NCBI GenBank assembly: GCA_964252035.1
Contig: OZ176215.1
Length of the DNA: 64,000 nucleotides
Direction: 5' to 3' (one strand)
Source: Podarcis erhardii
Taxonomy: Eukaryota
In this document: in pieces, positions 1 through 11,704 of the stretch
Numbering within the stretch: position 1 is the stretch's first letter
Layout: each line of letters starts with the position of its first letter
The notes under the pieces: generated by a model
Told to the model about the DNA's origin: nothing
What the model saw: the letters and a program-made list of their open reading frames with translations, nothing else
Database searches by the model: none
Program-made: the position numbers and the translations under genes

Positions 1-457
1 AGATTTTAAAACTTATTTCAAAGTAAAAAAACCCCTTCGTCTTATACATGGAAAAGTATGGTATTTATTTAAAACAGGGACTCTGGCTGTATCTTGCCAT
101 CTTTTCTAGGGGTGTGGCGGTGGTTCAGGAGCAGAGCTGGGGTGTTGCATGCCAGCTTCAACCCCCCAGTTTGGCATTTCATAATATTGTATTTTATTCG
201 TTCGGTTTCTGTGAGATACTTGGAGAACGTAGGCTGCTGTGCAGCCTTACAAATGTAGGCCATAAATCAATAAATGAAAATATTCTGGGTGGGTTGAGGG
301 CTGTGGGCCTAGGGACATTTGAGGGGTTTTATGGGGGGGGGGTGTAGGGCCTGGCCCACAACCCTACTCCTGTGGAGTCTGGATTGCTCTGGCCCACCAC
401 CTGAGCAAGGAATGTTTGCCCTTCTCCTTTATCAAACCACCTCTTTCCTTCCCACAG

Positions 458-530
458 CGGATTTTGGGGTCTCTGCAGAGCTGACGGCGTCTGTGGCGAA
501 GCGGAACTCCTTCATTGGGACCCCCTATTG
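458..530 (+). CDS. MAP4K2: MAP4K2 coding exon (human exon 8 equivalent), kinase DFG motif
   Basis: cccacag|CG...TG|gtaatg; encodes (A)[23 protein letters not shown](W), a GCK-I kinase activation segment; 73 bp. Gene start lies upstream of the window. Confidence 0.95.
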
Positions 531-937
531 GTAATGTGGGTGGGGGGCAGCGCTCTGTTTCTTTCTCTGCACCCTCTCTGTCTGGAGGGTGAGCTGTGGG
601 GGCCATGAAGCCCCCAATTTGGCCACAAACGTACCCAGTGGCCTTGAACACTCGCTGCCTCAGTCCTCCGGCCTGCAGCATGGGATGGTGGTTCTGAACA
701 TCCTTGCCGGGTTGGTGTTTGTGAAGCACCTTCATAGCCTTGGCTGGCGGAGGGGTGGTGTTGCCTAGTGGGCAGAGCTCTCCTCACAGGTCGGCAGTTG
801 CAGGGAGGACCAAGCAGGAGCAAACGATGGGGAAGATGGGCCCTTCTCTCCCTGGAGAGCCACAGCTTCAGGTCCATGCAGGCCACCCTTTCCCAGGTGG
901 CTGTTTGGCTCAGCTGTGCCCCTTCTCGTCCTCCCAG

Positions 938-1069
938 GATGGCACCAGAGGTGGCTGCGGTGGAGAAGAAAGGAGGCTACAACCACCTGTGTGACATCTG
1001 GGCCCTCGGCATCACGGCCATTGAGCTGGCGGAGCTGCAGCCACCCCTCTTCGACCTGCACCCCATGAG
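938..1069 (+). CDS. MAP4K2: MAP4K2 exon 9, kinase APE motif
   Basis: ctcccag|G..AG|gtgagc; [44 protein letters not shown]; 132 bp. Confidence 0.95.
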
Positions 1070-1179
1070 GTGAGCTCAAAAGTTAAGCCTCAGTTGAATG
1101 TGTCTAAATGGGGAGTTGCCTGTAGTTACTGAAATCTTTCTATATGGCTGTATCATAAAATATCAGGGCAGCCAACAAC

Positions 1180-1370
1180 AATAAGAGCCTTTCGACAGTG
1201 GAACGGACTCCCTTGGAAAGTGGTGGACTCACCTTCCTCGGAGGTTTTTAAACAGAGGTTGGATGGCCACCTGTCAGGGATTCTTTAGCTGTTATCCCTG
1301 CATTGGCACAGGGCTGGACTAAATGACTCTTGGAGGACCCTCCCAACTGTACAGTATTGTGTTTCTGTGA
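1180..1370 (+). mobile_element. CR1 LINE 3' end fragment
   Basis: Typical CR1 3' sequence (cagtggaac..ctcccttgg..gtggtggactc..cttcct..gaggttttt) and a gatgac..ccaact tail. Confidence 0.75.
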
Positions 1371-1379
1371 ATATGTATG

Positions 1380-1774
1380 CAGTCGTACCTTGGAAGTTGA
1401 ACGGAATCTGTTCTGGAAGTCCATTCGACTTCCAAAATGTTCAGAAACCAAGGCACGGCTTCCGATTGGCTGCAGGAAACTTCAGGTTACAAACGCTTCA
1501 GGTTACAGACTCCGCTAACCCAGAAATAGTACCCCGGGTTAAGAACTTTGCTTCAGGATGAGAACAGAAATCGTGCTCTGGCGGCACGGCAGCAGCAGGA
1601 GGCCCCATTAGCTAAAGTGGTGCTTCAGGTTAAGAACAGTTTCAGGTTAAGAACGGACCTCCGGAATGAATTAAGTACTTAACCCGAGGTACCACTGTAC
1701 TCACTTCCAGGTTTTCAGCGTTCGGGAGCCAAAACGTTTGACTTGCAAGGCGTTAAACATCCGAGGTACAACTG
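1380..1774. mobile_element. Tc1/mariner (Tigger-like) MITE with a second MITE (1481-1697) nested inside
   Basis: Ends CAGTCGTACCTTGG / CCGAGGTACAACTG+TA; outer part matches 49139-49348; inner part matches 33269-33494 and 63886-64000. Confidence 0.8.
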
Positions 1775-2614
1775 TACAATGAAATAGAAATCACCTTTAG
1801 AAATGGCACAAAAGGATATTTAAAATCGCTGGCCCATGAACTGCAGAGGTCTATCTACACGAAAAGGTATTCAGGAGACTCCTGGAAGTCAAAAGCGAGA
1901 GGGTGCCCGCTGCATCTCTGCTCGAGCATTCCATAATGCAGCACTAAAAGCCCTTCTCCCACTGAGGACCGGCTGAGGCTCTGGCTAGCAGTGCACCTCT
2001 GGATTATCTCAGTGATGGAGCTGGGATGCAGGGGTTCAGGTGGTCCTTACGGTATCCTGGGCCCAAGTTGCTCAGGGCTTTGTTACATCAAAAGAAGAGC
2101 CTTGAGCCTCACCTGGCTGCAACAGGAGCAGCCAGTGCAGGGGTTTTAGTAGAGGTGTCCCATGCTACCAAGCCATCTGCCCCCATCAGCAGTTTAGCTT
2201 TTGGCCAAAGGGCAGCCCCAGGTAGAGTGGCTTGCAGTAGTCCAGCCTCAAGGTTCCCAGGGCATGAACTCCAGTAGCCAAGTTATCCTAACCCCGATCC
2301 AACTGTCTGCCTGCCTCCCTGGCATACAGCCTGGTGCCAGAGGAACGGATGGCACGTTGGTGTTGAAGAGAATCTGGCAGCGCCATCTGTTCGCGAGGGC
2401 CTTTTTCCTCAGCCGCTGCTCATATGCTGCCTTTAACACTGTCAAGGAGAAGCAGAATCTGCCGATCAAGCCACTGTGGATGCTGTTTTCAGGAAAGCAT
2501 GTGTGCAAGCAAATCGCTTGAAGTATTCCTTTCTTTAAAAAACAAAAAGCGTGGGTGCAAAAACGATTACCCTTGCGGGGAACGCTGCAAGAATTGTGGT
2601 GTTGGAAAGGAGCC

Positions 2615-3010
2615 ACGAGGGGGGGTCATCTGGTCCAGCCCCCTGCAATGCAGGAATCTCAACCAGATTATGCATAACAGATGGCCACCCAACTTCTGCT
2701 TAGAAACCTCTAAGGAAGGAGAGTCCACCACATTTAGTAGGAGTCCGTTCCACTGTCGATTAGCTCTTACTGTCAGAAAGTTCTTCCTGATGTTGAGTCG
2801 GAATCTCCTTTCTCGTAACTTGAATCCATTTGCGTCCTAGAACCCGTAGCAGGAGGAAAACAAGCTTGCTCCATGTGAAGATGGCAATCATATCTCCTTT
2901 GAGTCTCCTTTAAACATACCCACTTCCCTCGGCTATTCCTCAGTCTTAAGGCTTGGTTTATCATCTTGGTCGCCATCCTCTGCACATGTTCCAGCTTGTC
3001 AATATTTTTA
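2615..3010 (-). mobile_element. CR1 LINE 3' fragment
   Basis: Reverse-complement CR1 3' region (ggtcatctggtccagcccc...gagtccaccac...ttccactgtcga...ctgtcagaaagttcttcctgatg). Confidence 0.75.
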
Positions 3011-3720
3011 TTTATAGAGATGATGCGGGTGGAAATAGAATAAAAATAGCAAAGGAAATAATTAGGTACCTGGCTGACTGCCTTTGGCCTTGCAGCCAGT
3101 GACCGGAGTCCTTTTCCTGGCCGTCCAAGAGGGTGGTGGCCCTACATAGCTTTGAGGCCCCCCACCCACCTGAAGCAGCTTTAGGCAAGTGTGGGGAGGG
3201 AAAGGGGAGCTGCCCCCACTGTCTCCTGTGAGGTCCCAGCCTCGGTCACAACCACCCCAGCTCCAGGTTTCTGGGAGAAGCGTGAATGGTGTCGCTTGCT
3301 CTGAGATGGCTAACCATACCTCTGCTAAGAAACAGCCTGCATGTGGATCTTGTGAGGGCAGGCGCACAAAGAGCGCGCACACACAGACACGCAGGCTTCT
3401 GGTGGGCGGGAGGATTAAGCAACAGGAAATGCCACACGGAGGCCTCTCCAGTAAGACTGGCTTTGCCTGCTCTCACAGCGGTGTGTGTTTTGCGTGACGT
3501 GCCGGCTGTCTGTTGACATTGGTGCCCCATTAATAACAATCTCAGGCCTGACCTACTCAGCAGAGTTTGCGTGCAGGAGAGAAGCATGTTCTGAACCTGT
3601 ATGTAGTAGCCCTTTTCTTTTTCAAAGGCAACTGTGTGTGTGGGGGGGGGTGTAACTGGACCCACAACGGTGCAGAAAACCAGGCCCAGATTTCTTGAGT
3701 GACCCTCCTAGCGGTTAGCG

Positions 3721-3979
3721 CAGGGGTCAGCAAACTTTTTCAGCAGGGGGCCGGTCCACTGTCCCTCAGACCTTGTGGTGGGGTGGGCCGGACTATATTT
3801 TGGCGGGGAAAAAAATGAACGAATTCCTATGCCCCACAAAGAACCCAGAGATGCATTTTTAAATAAAAGCACACATTCTACTCATGTAAAAACACGCTGA
3901 TTCCCAGACTGTCCGCGGGCCGGATTTAGAAGGAGATTGGGCTGGATCCGGTCCCTGGGCCTTAGTTTGCTTGCCCATG
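3721..3979. mobile_element. hAT-type MITE
   Basis: CAGGGGTCAGCAAACT...AGTTTGCTTGCCCATG with 8-bp TSD ggttagcg/ggttagca; second copy at 59576-59813. Confidence 0.8.
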
Positions 3980-4140
3980 GGTTAGCATGTTTGAACATCA
4001 GACATAATCAGCAAATTTTGGGGGAAGTTGTGAGGTAGGGACAAATTTGGGACAACAGAAGCAGGTATTGTGCCTTTTTTAAAACACGCAGGAGGAACGA
4101 AGCAGGAAAGATGATCCTTGTTCTGTCTTTCTGTCTCCAG

Positions 4141-4203
4141 GGCCTTGATGCTGATGTCAAAAAGCAGCTTCCAGCCCCCCAAGCTAAAAGACAAGGCCTG
4201 CTG
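4141..4203 (+). CDS. MAP4K2: MAP4K2 exon 10
   Basis: tctccag|..|gtgagt; [20 protein letters not shown](W); 63 bp, phase consistent. Confidence 0.93.
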
Positions 4204-5051
4204 GTGAGTGACTGGGCTGTGCTCCCTCTGCTGGGTTTCGGTTGTGTGTAAAGAAGGCTGGATCTGACCACCTTATGCCAGTGAAATGCAGTGTCACAAT
4301 GGACAGGTCGGTGGACTGGGTTCAGATTCCTGCTTGGCTACAAATCTGTATCCTCGAACCATTTGTTTTCTCTCTTAGCCTCCCTTCTCAGGGTTATTGA
4401 GAAGCTGCAGTGGGTGGAGGACTAGAAGAAGCTGCCTTTCACAGAGTCAAGCTATTTCTCCATCCATCCAAGTCATATCCGCTCTGACTGGCAGCTTGAC
4501 TTCTCTGGTTGGCTGCCGGTTGTCCTCAGCAGTGGCGGAGGAAGGGGGGGTGCGGCAGGTGCAGTCCACCCCGGGTGTCACCACTGAGGGGGATGACAAA
4601 ATGCCGGGCGGCAGTCACCGCAGGGCCTGCAGCACCTTCGAGCTGCGTGTCTCTCCTGGGAGAGACGCAGTGGCTTGGATGTGCGCAGGCGCTGCCCTGC
4701 CTAAATAGTCCTTCCACTGTAGGGCAGCTGAGTGGGAGGAGGCAGGCAGATTCCCAAGGCCCCATGGTGCGTGCCAACCCTATGGATGGCGTGCCCCACC
4801 TCTGGGAGCGCCGCCCTAGGCGCCTGAGCAGCTTCCTCCACCACTGGTCCTCACTCGGGGGTAGGAGGGGGGCGGCTGCGCCTGAATGACAGATGCTGGA
4901 ACTCTGAAGGGTGGAGAGTTCTGTGGCTGTTGTGCTTTATCCAGCTGGAGGGCTTCTTTGATTATCTGGCTGCTGTGAGAACGGGATGCCAGACCAGGTG
5001 GTTTGATCAGCTCTTCCGATGTTCTGAAGGGGAACTGGCAAATCCTTGGAG

Positions 5052-5053
<2 letters not shown>

Positions 5054-5108
<55 letters not shown>

Positions 5109-5190
5109 TTATTGTTTATACCCTGCCCATCTGGCTGGGCCTCCCCAGCCACTCTGGGTGGCTTCCAAAAGAATATTAAAATACTATGAT
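5054..5190 (-). mobile_element. L2-type LINE 3' tail with (AAT)n microsatellite
   Basis: About 18 TAA units, then ...ccccagccactctgggtggcttcc..., shared with 15308, 26750 and 61574. Confidence 0.7.
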
Positions 5191-5365
5191 ACATCAAAGC
5201 TATCCATAGTGATGGTTTCAGGCTGCGATGGGGTTTGCTGTTGAATACCAGCTGCTGGGGGCATTGCTGGGATAGGGCTGTTGTTGTGCTCACGCCCTGC
5301 CTTCCGGTTACTCAGTTAGACACTCGACTTTTTAGCTTGTCTTACCTTCCCTTTCTCCCTTCCAG

Positions 5366-5447
5366 GTCGGCAGATTTCCACCATTTCCTCAAACTCTCCT
5401 TAACCAAGAACCCCAAAAAGCGTCCCGTGGCAGAAAAACTCCTGCAG
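5366..5447 (+). CDS. MAP4K2: MAP4K2 exon 11, kinase C-lobe
   Basis: ttccag|..|gtgact; [27 protein letters not shown]; 82 bp. Confidence 0.93.
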
Positions 5448-6126
5448 GTGACTCAGGACAGAAGTTGGGGTGGGTGGGCTTGGAGAGGGCGGAGAACGAC
5501 AACTCCATCCTCAGAGATAGGTACTTCCTTCCAGAGAATTACAGGAGTGTCGTTTTTAAAAATGCCCCAAATTGTGCTTTTTTAAAGCGAAATCTCCAAA
5601 CAAAATTATTATTTTTACCTGTTGTTTTTTTTAAGGAAAATTGCCAAAAATCAACACTTCTGATATGGGCAGCCATGCACCTGACTTTATCCAGGCGTTT
5701 TATCCTGAATCCCGGCTATGTCCCGGAAATTCCGGACATATGGCAGCCCTACTGTTGCACTCGGGTCCTGTTTGGCGGCTTCCCACTATGGCATGTGCTT
5801 GGCCACTGTGGGAACAGAATGCTGGACTAGCTGCTCCCCCTCCTGGTGGCCTGATCCAGCTGCTGCAGGGCTCTTCTGTTGTCCTTACGGCAGACACTTT
5901 AGTTGCTGTGAGAGCCACCGTTTTAATTTAATTTCCCACAGTGCTCTGGTGTTGTCCTGCTCTGGGGCATTGTGGGAATTAAAATCTGGATGCAGCTGCC
6001 CAGGAGAGGTGCCAGGAGTGGGCCGCAGCAGCTGCCCAAGCTGCCACCTGCTAGCCCTGTGCCTGGTGGGCATTTGGGGGAACCTTGAATCTTCCTCTCC
6101 GCTCACCTTGTCTTCCTCTCCACCAG

Positions 6127-6237
6127 CATCCTTTCGTTAGCCAGCCACTGGCTCGCGTCTTAGTCATTGAGCTACTGGATAAAGCCACGAATCCGGATTT
6201 GGCAGTGGCTGCCCTGGTGGATGATGGCGACTTAGAG
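6127..6237 (+). CDS. MAP4K2: MAP4K2 exon 12
   Basis: caccag|..|gtatgg; HPFVSQPLARVLVIELLDKATNPDLAVAALVDDGDLE; 111 bp. Confidence 0.9.
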
Positions 6238-7169
6238 GTATGGTCCCCAAAGGCAGTGGCAGAAGAGAGTGGGGAATCTGCTATAGACCCATGACGTTGA
6301 CTGAGCAGATTTGTTCTCTCCCGAGAGCCAAAGAGTAGAAGCTGCCAAGAAGCTTATTTTGGCTAAATAGGAAGAGAAACCTCCTAAGAGTGAGAGCTCT
6401 TCCACAGGCTGCCTTTTGGGGGTGGGGGCTCCCCTTTGCTAGGAGGTTGCTCAGCAAAGGCCCAGCAGGAACGTTGATAAGAGTTGCAACAGTCTGCACT
6501 GCAGATCCTGTCGAAGGGGGACCTCCCAGAGATTTTCCAACTCCGACCTCTGATTTTTTTCATGCAATGCATATAATTAACTTGCGGGACTCACTGCCAC
6601 AGTATATGCTGCTGAACAATATGACACAACATGATGGCAAAAACAATGGCACTAAACACTATTTAGAAACTAATATAAATGATCAGAAATTACAACCAAA
6701 GTCTCTAAATCTTCTTCATCAGTAGCAGTAGAATAATTCAAAAGTTCGATATATACATAACCTGTCACCAAATCGCCGGAACAGAGTTTCCGGATAACCA
6801 ATCTGTTTAGTTCAATGCTTCATCAGCCAGTCTTCATCAATTCTTCATCAACCAGACTTGTAAGAATTAATATGAGAAGGATGCAGTTCAGTTTCTTAAC
6901 AAGCTGAAATTACAATATACATGCGATGAAACCTGCGCCTGTATAAAATTAGAAAAGAAGGGTCCCAGAATTCCAGACAATTTATCGAAGTCACAACGTG
7001 ACTGACTCAAAGAGCTCTCTAATGAAGCTAACATTGTTATTAAACCAGCCGATAAAGGAGGTGGCAAGAGTTACCACCCCATGGGCAGAGTGCGGGCAAT
7101 TGGGGGCTACCATGAGGCCAGAGCTGTTATCTTTTATGTTCTGGTCCTAAACACCTCTGTTGAGAATGA

Positions 7170-7345
7170 GAGACATGGGAATCTGCTCCTACTGCATCAC
7201 ACCAAACTGGCCCGTCTAGCTCAGTGTTGCCAGCCCTGCCTGGCAGTGGCCCTCTCTGGGGTCTTTACCCAGCCCTTCCTGGAGGTGGCAGCAGGGATTG
7301 AACCAGGGACCTCCTGCATGTGAAGCACATGCTCTCCCATGCATT
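7170..7345 (-). mobile_element. tRNA(Ala)-like-headed SINE
   Basis: Reverse B box (gggattgaaccagggacc) and ctagctcagtgttg body; related copies at 18480, 20908, 50330. Confidence 0.6.
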
Positions 7346-7469
7346 GGCTGAGGCTGATGGGAATTGTAGTCCAAAGCATACAGAAGGCACCCGATGGGTG
7401 AAAGCTGGATGCTCTTTGTTCCGACTGAGTTCTTAGGCATGCTTGGCTTTCTCTCTTTAAACCACTCAG

Positions 7470-7548
7470 GCTTACGAAGTTTTTCCTGACAAAATCCGTT
7501 CCCATCGGCCACATGGGCCAGTCGAAGGGACCCTTGCAGAGATCCAGT
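7470..7548 (+). CDS. MAP4K2: MAP4K2 exon 13
   Basis: cactcag|..|gtaagt; AYEVFPDKIRSHRPHGPVEGTLAEIQ; 79 bp. Confidence 0.88.
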
Positions 7549-8116
7549 GTAAGTACCTCCTGTCCCCTGGCTTTCCCTGTCCACCCCTTTGGACCCTGAT
7601 TTCTCTCTCCGGTGGGGCTTTAAATCAGCCTGATTTCTCTCCAGACTCTCCCGGGGCATGGGAAGCCCCCTAGTGAAAGTGGAAAGCTGTTTGGGGCGGG
7701 GGATGTTGGTGAAAGTCCCTTCTGGAGATGGTGGGTGAAAGGTGCCCCAGGAGCGTAGGATGGCATGGAGTTGAGCAAAGGGGGACGGAGAGGTGGCAAT
7801 CAGGTTGGCGTGGTGCAAACTCCATGGCAGGGCCAGTCTGGTGTTCCTGCTGGTGTGTTTGCACTGTGCCACCCTCTCCCTCCCAGTAAGCATCAGCAGC
7901 CTGCCTTCTAGGAGGTCTGGAAAACACCTCTGTCCCCCTCCCCACGTCTTGAGCTCCTATGGGGTATCTTGCGGCCCCCCTTTGCCCTCCAGTGGCCTTT
8001 GAAGGCAGGGTGTAGGGAGTGTTTTCTTGGGTGAATGGCATGAAGCCATTTGGGCCTTGGTGGTGGTGGGGAAGCCCTGCTTCTGAGCAAAATGACTGAT
8101 GTTTGCTCTTTTATAG

Positions 8117-8175
8117 TTAATCAGGTCAAATTCGGGCCCCCACTGAGGAAAGAAACAGAGCCTTGGTGCAGTCTG
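8117..8175 (+). CDS. MAP4K2: MAP4K2 exon 14
   Basis: ttatag|..|gtaaga; (F)NQVKFGPPLRKETEPWCSL; 59 bp. Confidence 0.9.
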
Positions 8176-8309
8176 GTAAGAATGTCAGTCAATGTGTGTG
8201 TGTGTGTGTGTATGTTTTGGAGGGGCAAAAGAATGAGTAGATTGCTTGCTTTGGCCTCAGGGCGCGTTTGGGGAAGGAAATTCACAACTGAAATTCTGAC
8301 GGGGGGGGG

Positions 8310-8452
8310 ATAAAATTCATCCATCGAATCATACAGCTGGAAGGCACCACACGGGTCACCTAGTCCAACCCCCGCAAATGCAGGAATATGCAGGCTTGAA
8401 CCCACAACCCTGAGATTATGAGTCTCATTCTCTACCAGCTGAGCTATCCCAG
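8310..8452 (-). mobile_element. tRNA(Lys)-headed SINE with CR1-like tail
   Basis: Reverse complement of gggatagctcagctggtagagaatgagactcataatctcagggttgtgggttcaag, followed by a CR1-type tail. Confidence 0.75.
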
Positions 8453-8672
8453 CTGGGTGATTGGCTCACCTCGCCCGATATTGCCTACTCTTGACCGTTT
8501 GTGACTTTCCAGGCCCTCAGAAGGTAAGATGTTTCTTGTCAAATGCCCACGCACTTCCCGCCGCCGCCATTGCTCGCTCCCTGTTCCTTCTTTCACTGGG
8601 TATTTTGGGGGAGTGTGTGCATCAAATTATTCTAGCCTTAAGATTTAACAGTACTTTTTGTGTGTTTTGCAG

Positions 8673-8716
8673 AAGGAGGAGGAAGAGGAGAACTGGATGG
8701 TCTTAGGAGATGGAGA
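8673..8716 (+). CDS. MAP4K2: MAP4K2 exon 15
   Basis: ttttgcag|..GA|gtaagg; KEEEEENWMVLGDG(E); 44 bp, phase bridges the flanking exons. Confidence 0.8.
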
Positions 8717-9070
8717 GTAAGGAGCCTGGGAGAAGGGCAGGGTGGTGGGAGCCCCTGTTTCTCATCCCTCCCCACCTTTGTGAAACAGGATGGCCACTTT
8801 TTCCTTCTCACTGGGAGGAAGAGCTTGAGAGCTGCCGCTTTTTCTTCCCCAGCAGAGATGGGAAAACCAGGGCCTGTTGAATTCTGCCTGCTTTGCTGCT
8901 ATTAAGGGGACAACCAGAAAAACGGCCACCTTCCTACAAGGAAGGGGGTGGAATTTAGGAAGTTAAAAATGAGGTTAACATAGCTGTTGCAGGGGAGGAA
9001 GGAGGCAGGACTGCTGCACAGGTGTGAGATTTCCTGATGGTACTTTTGGTGCTGTTTTTCTCCTCTTTAG

Positions 9071-9109
9071 GAGCCTCCTTCAGTCGGTGGAAGAAGCACT
9101 AGAAGAGAG
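9071..9109 (+). CDS. MAP4K2: MAP4K2 exon 16
   Basis: ctttag|..|gtatgc; SLLQSVEEALEE(R); 39 bp. Confidence 0.9.
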
Positions 9110-9548
9110 GTATGCTGATGCTTGGGAGGTGGAGGAGAACTTTGGGAGCTGCTGCCTTTATATGACTTCAGGCTCTTTGTACACCTCTGGCCCTCTGTTA
9201 TTGTCTCAGCTCCAGCAGGCAGAGACAGAATAGGTGGAGCTACCCTTCCAGCCAGGCCCCATCCTGCGGCTCTGGCACTCCAGCTCTAGACAGGCAAACT
9301 CAGCCCCCTCTCTACTATGAAGTTTTTAACTTCCCCTGCCCTGACTGCCAATGCATTTAGGCTGGCAACTGAAGAAGGAGTCTCCCTGCACATGCTCAGG
9401 CACTCTGTTCTTTGCTTATTGTGGAGCATTGGCAATTAGGTTCTGGAGCCAAGTCCTGGTCTGTGTGGGCTCAAACCGAGCCCCAAATATTCCCCTTTCA
9501 ATGCAATACCCCCTGTTTCTGTTCTTATGAGTCCTTTGTCTCCTGCAG

Positions 9549-9585
9549 GAGCCTCACCATTCGCCCAGCAGGCACCACAGAAAAG
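9549..9585 (+). CDS. MAP4K2: MAP4K2 exon 17
   Basis: ctgcag|..|gtactg; SLTIRPAGTTEK; 37 bp. Confidence 0.85.
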
Positions 9586-9682
9586 GTACTGTTTCTTCAT
9601 TGCATCTATCCCATTACTCCCCCCTCAACCGCCCCACCCTCAGTCTCCCCCACTAAGAAGCCCTTTCCCTTGCTTTATTCAG

Positions 9683-9854
9683 GTCCATGAGGAACAGCGG
9701 CCCAGCAGCACTGGGGAGGGGGACATGAGCACGATCAAGAGGGGGCCCCTGTGGGATTTTCTCAACCTGGAGCTGGCCTATAAGGCTCCCTGGGAGCTCG
9801 AGGAGGGCCTCGACTTCCCAGCCCCCGAGTGTCAGAGAAGCCAGAGCCTGCCAG
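9683..9854 (+). CDS. MAP4K2: MAP4K2 exon 18, linker
   Basis: attcag|..G|gtgagg; VHEEQRPSSTGEGDMSTIKRGP...QRSQSLP; open frame containing the TIKR motif; 172 bp. Confidence 0.8.
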
Positions 9855-11704
9855 GTGAGGAAGAAGTGGAGCCACGTGGGTTGCGGAGAACGCAAACTCC
9901 AAATGGGTTTGGAGTCTTCCCCCTTCTAGGAGAGGGGATTTGTGTTCTGAAAGCGGAAATCCACAAAAAAGAGCTGTGAGAAAGCACGCTGGTGAGCGGG
10001 GATGGAGACGGCACAAGCGCTGGCCAATAGGCCCTGTGCACAGAATTGGCTTCTGGTGCAAGCTGGTTTCTTCTGAGCTCAGTTGGTTCTTCACCAAAGG
10101 GCTATCTAGTTTATCCCGTTTTCCGATGCCCGGAGCCCAAATTTGCCCAAAGTGGCTCAGGTTTTGCACCGAGGAAAGCCAAAGTCTGTGACACGTATAA
10201 ATGATGGAAATGGAGCCACTTCTCCTCATTCTACATGATTCATTCTAGGTTTTGCCAGTGCTGGAAAGGGGAAGCTGCACCTCTTCCTCACTGGATATCT
10301 TATTCAGCCCCTTGTGATATTTCACCAGGAATCACCCACATACTGTCAAGCATATATTAGGCACCTTGAGCAGAAACTTGTTCCCTGATTTTTCACCTCC
10401 TTGAAAGCTGGGATTCTTCCAGGTACTGAATTTTCACACCATCTTGAATTATGCTCCGTTTGAATGAATTCAGCCTTTGCAAGACCAGCTGTGAAACAGG
10501 GTTTAATCTGGGGCTCCGAAGGCTCAGGTGACAATAACTTAGGGTGGCAATAAGGATTAAACCCTGCTTCGTCACAGCCTCCTAAGATCAAATAGGCTGC
10601 AATCCTATGAATGCTTGATTACTCCTGGTGGAACTTACTTGTGTGTGAACATGCGTAGGATTGCCTTGTTAGGTGCCACAGGTAGATTCCCTCTCCCCCG
10701 CCACTTGTTTTTCTGCTATAGTAAATAAAGCCACTAAAGGTAGTTATTAACCAGAGACTTTTTTAAAAATAATAATAATACCAGACTGCTCATTCTGTCA
10801 TCTGCAGCGAACATGGAAAAACAGGCTACTAGCCTCTGAGCTAGAGATGTGAAGGCCTGGGGTGTGGGGGACTAGGGCCTTCTGCTCCTCTTCTATGGCC
10901 AGAATGGGAGCCAAGTGGGGCAGAAGCTTCCTGTCGCCCTCTGCTTGCCCACTTCTTCCTTGCTCACCTCCAGAGAGTTCCATGACACCCACGGCAGGAT
11001 GTTAAACACAGACCTGGATTTCAGCTTCCTATTTTGCTTCTGCATTCCAGCGCATCACACACCCAAATGTTTCGGGTGTGTTTTTTAATTAAAAGCAGCC
11101 TCCAGAAGCCATAATTCTGAGAGGAGGAGGAGAGGCAGTGAATGTATGTGTTTTTTTTGGGGGGGGGGCAATAGTAGTGTTTAACTCTTTCCCTACCACC
11201 CTTTTAAAAATGCATTGTTTTCTGCGGCTGCTCCCCTCGCCCTTTTACAGGATTCCTAAAGGATGCTTAGCAGGTTGCTGCTGTTGGGGGTCAAAGCTGG
11301 GGGCTTTATTGCATGTATTTTTAAAAAAATGGATTTATATCCTAGTGTGTTTTTTAAAAAACAACAACAACACAAGGCTTCAGGGCAGCTAAGAATCAAA
11401 TCTGATAAACCAATAAATTACATGCAGTAAAAAGATAAAACCATGCAATAAAACGGCATAGTAGAAAGAAAGCAAATCTGGCAGCGGGGAGCGGAGTAGA
11501 TAAAATGAAATGGTTGGCAATTAAAACCAAGCCGGTACAGAAACGGAGTAATGGGAGGGGGCTTGGCAGGGAAAGGGTTAAGCAGCCATCCAGGATGGCA
11601 TCTGTGCAGTTGGGTGGGCTAGTGGAATCCAACAGAGAGGGGCTTCATTCTTAAATCTTTTAATTTGTGCCGGTGTGACGGCGGTGCTTGTCTTTCCCCC
11701 ACAG

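Noticed and set aside
2376-2396. CTCF-like GCAGCGCCATCTGTTCG in MAP4K2 intron 9
   Set aside because: The match has mismatches in the core flank and cannot be supported without scoring or ChIP data.
4930-5293. ORFs with poly-Ile and poly-Leu runs
   Set aside because: They are translations of the (AAT)n tail of an L2 fragment.
7216-7893. 225-aa minus-strand ORF
   Set aside because: It spans a SINE and the antisense of MAP4K2 exon 13, and has no recognisable motif or splice support.
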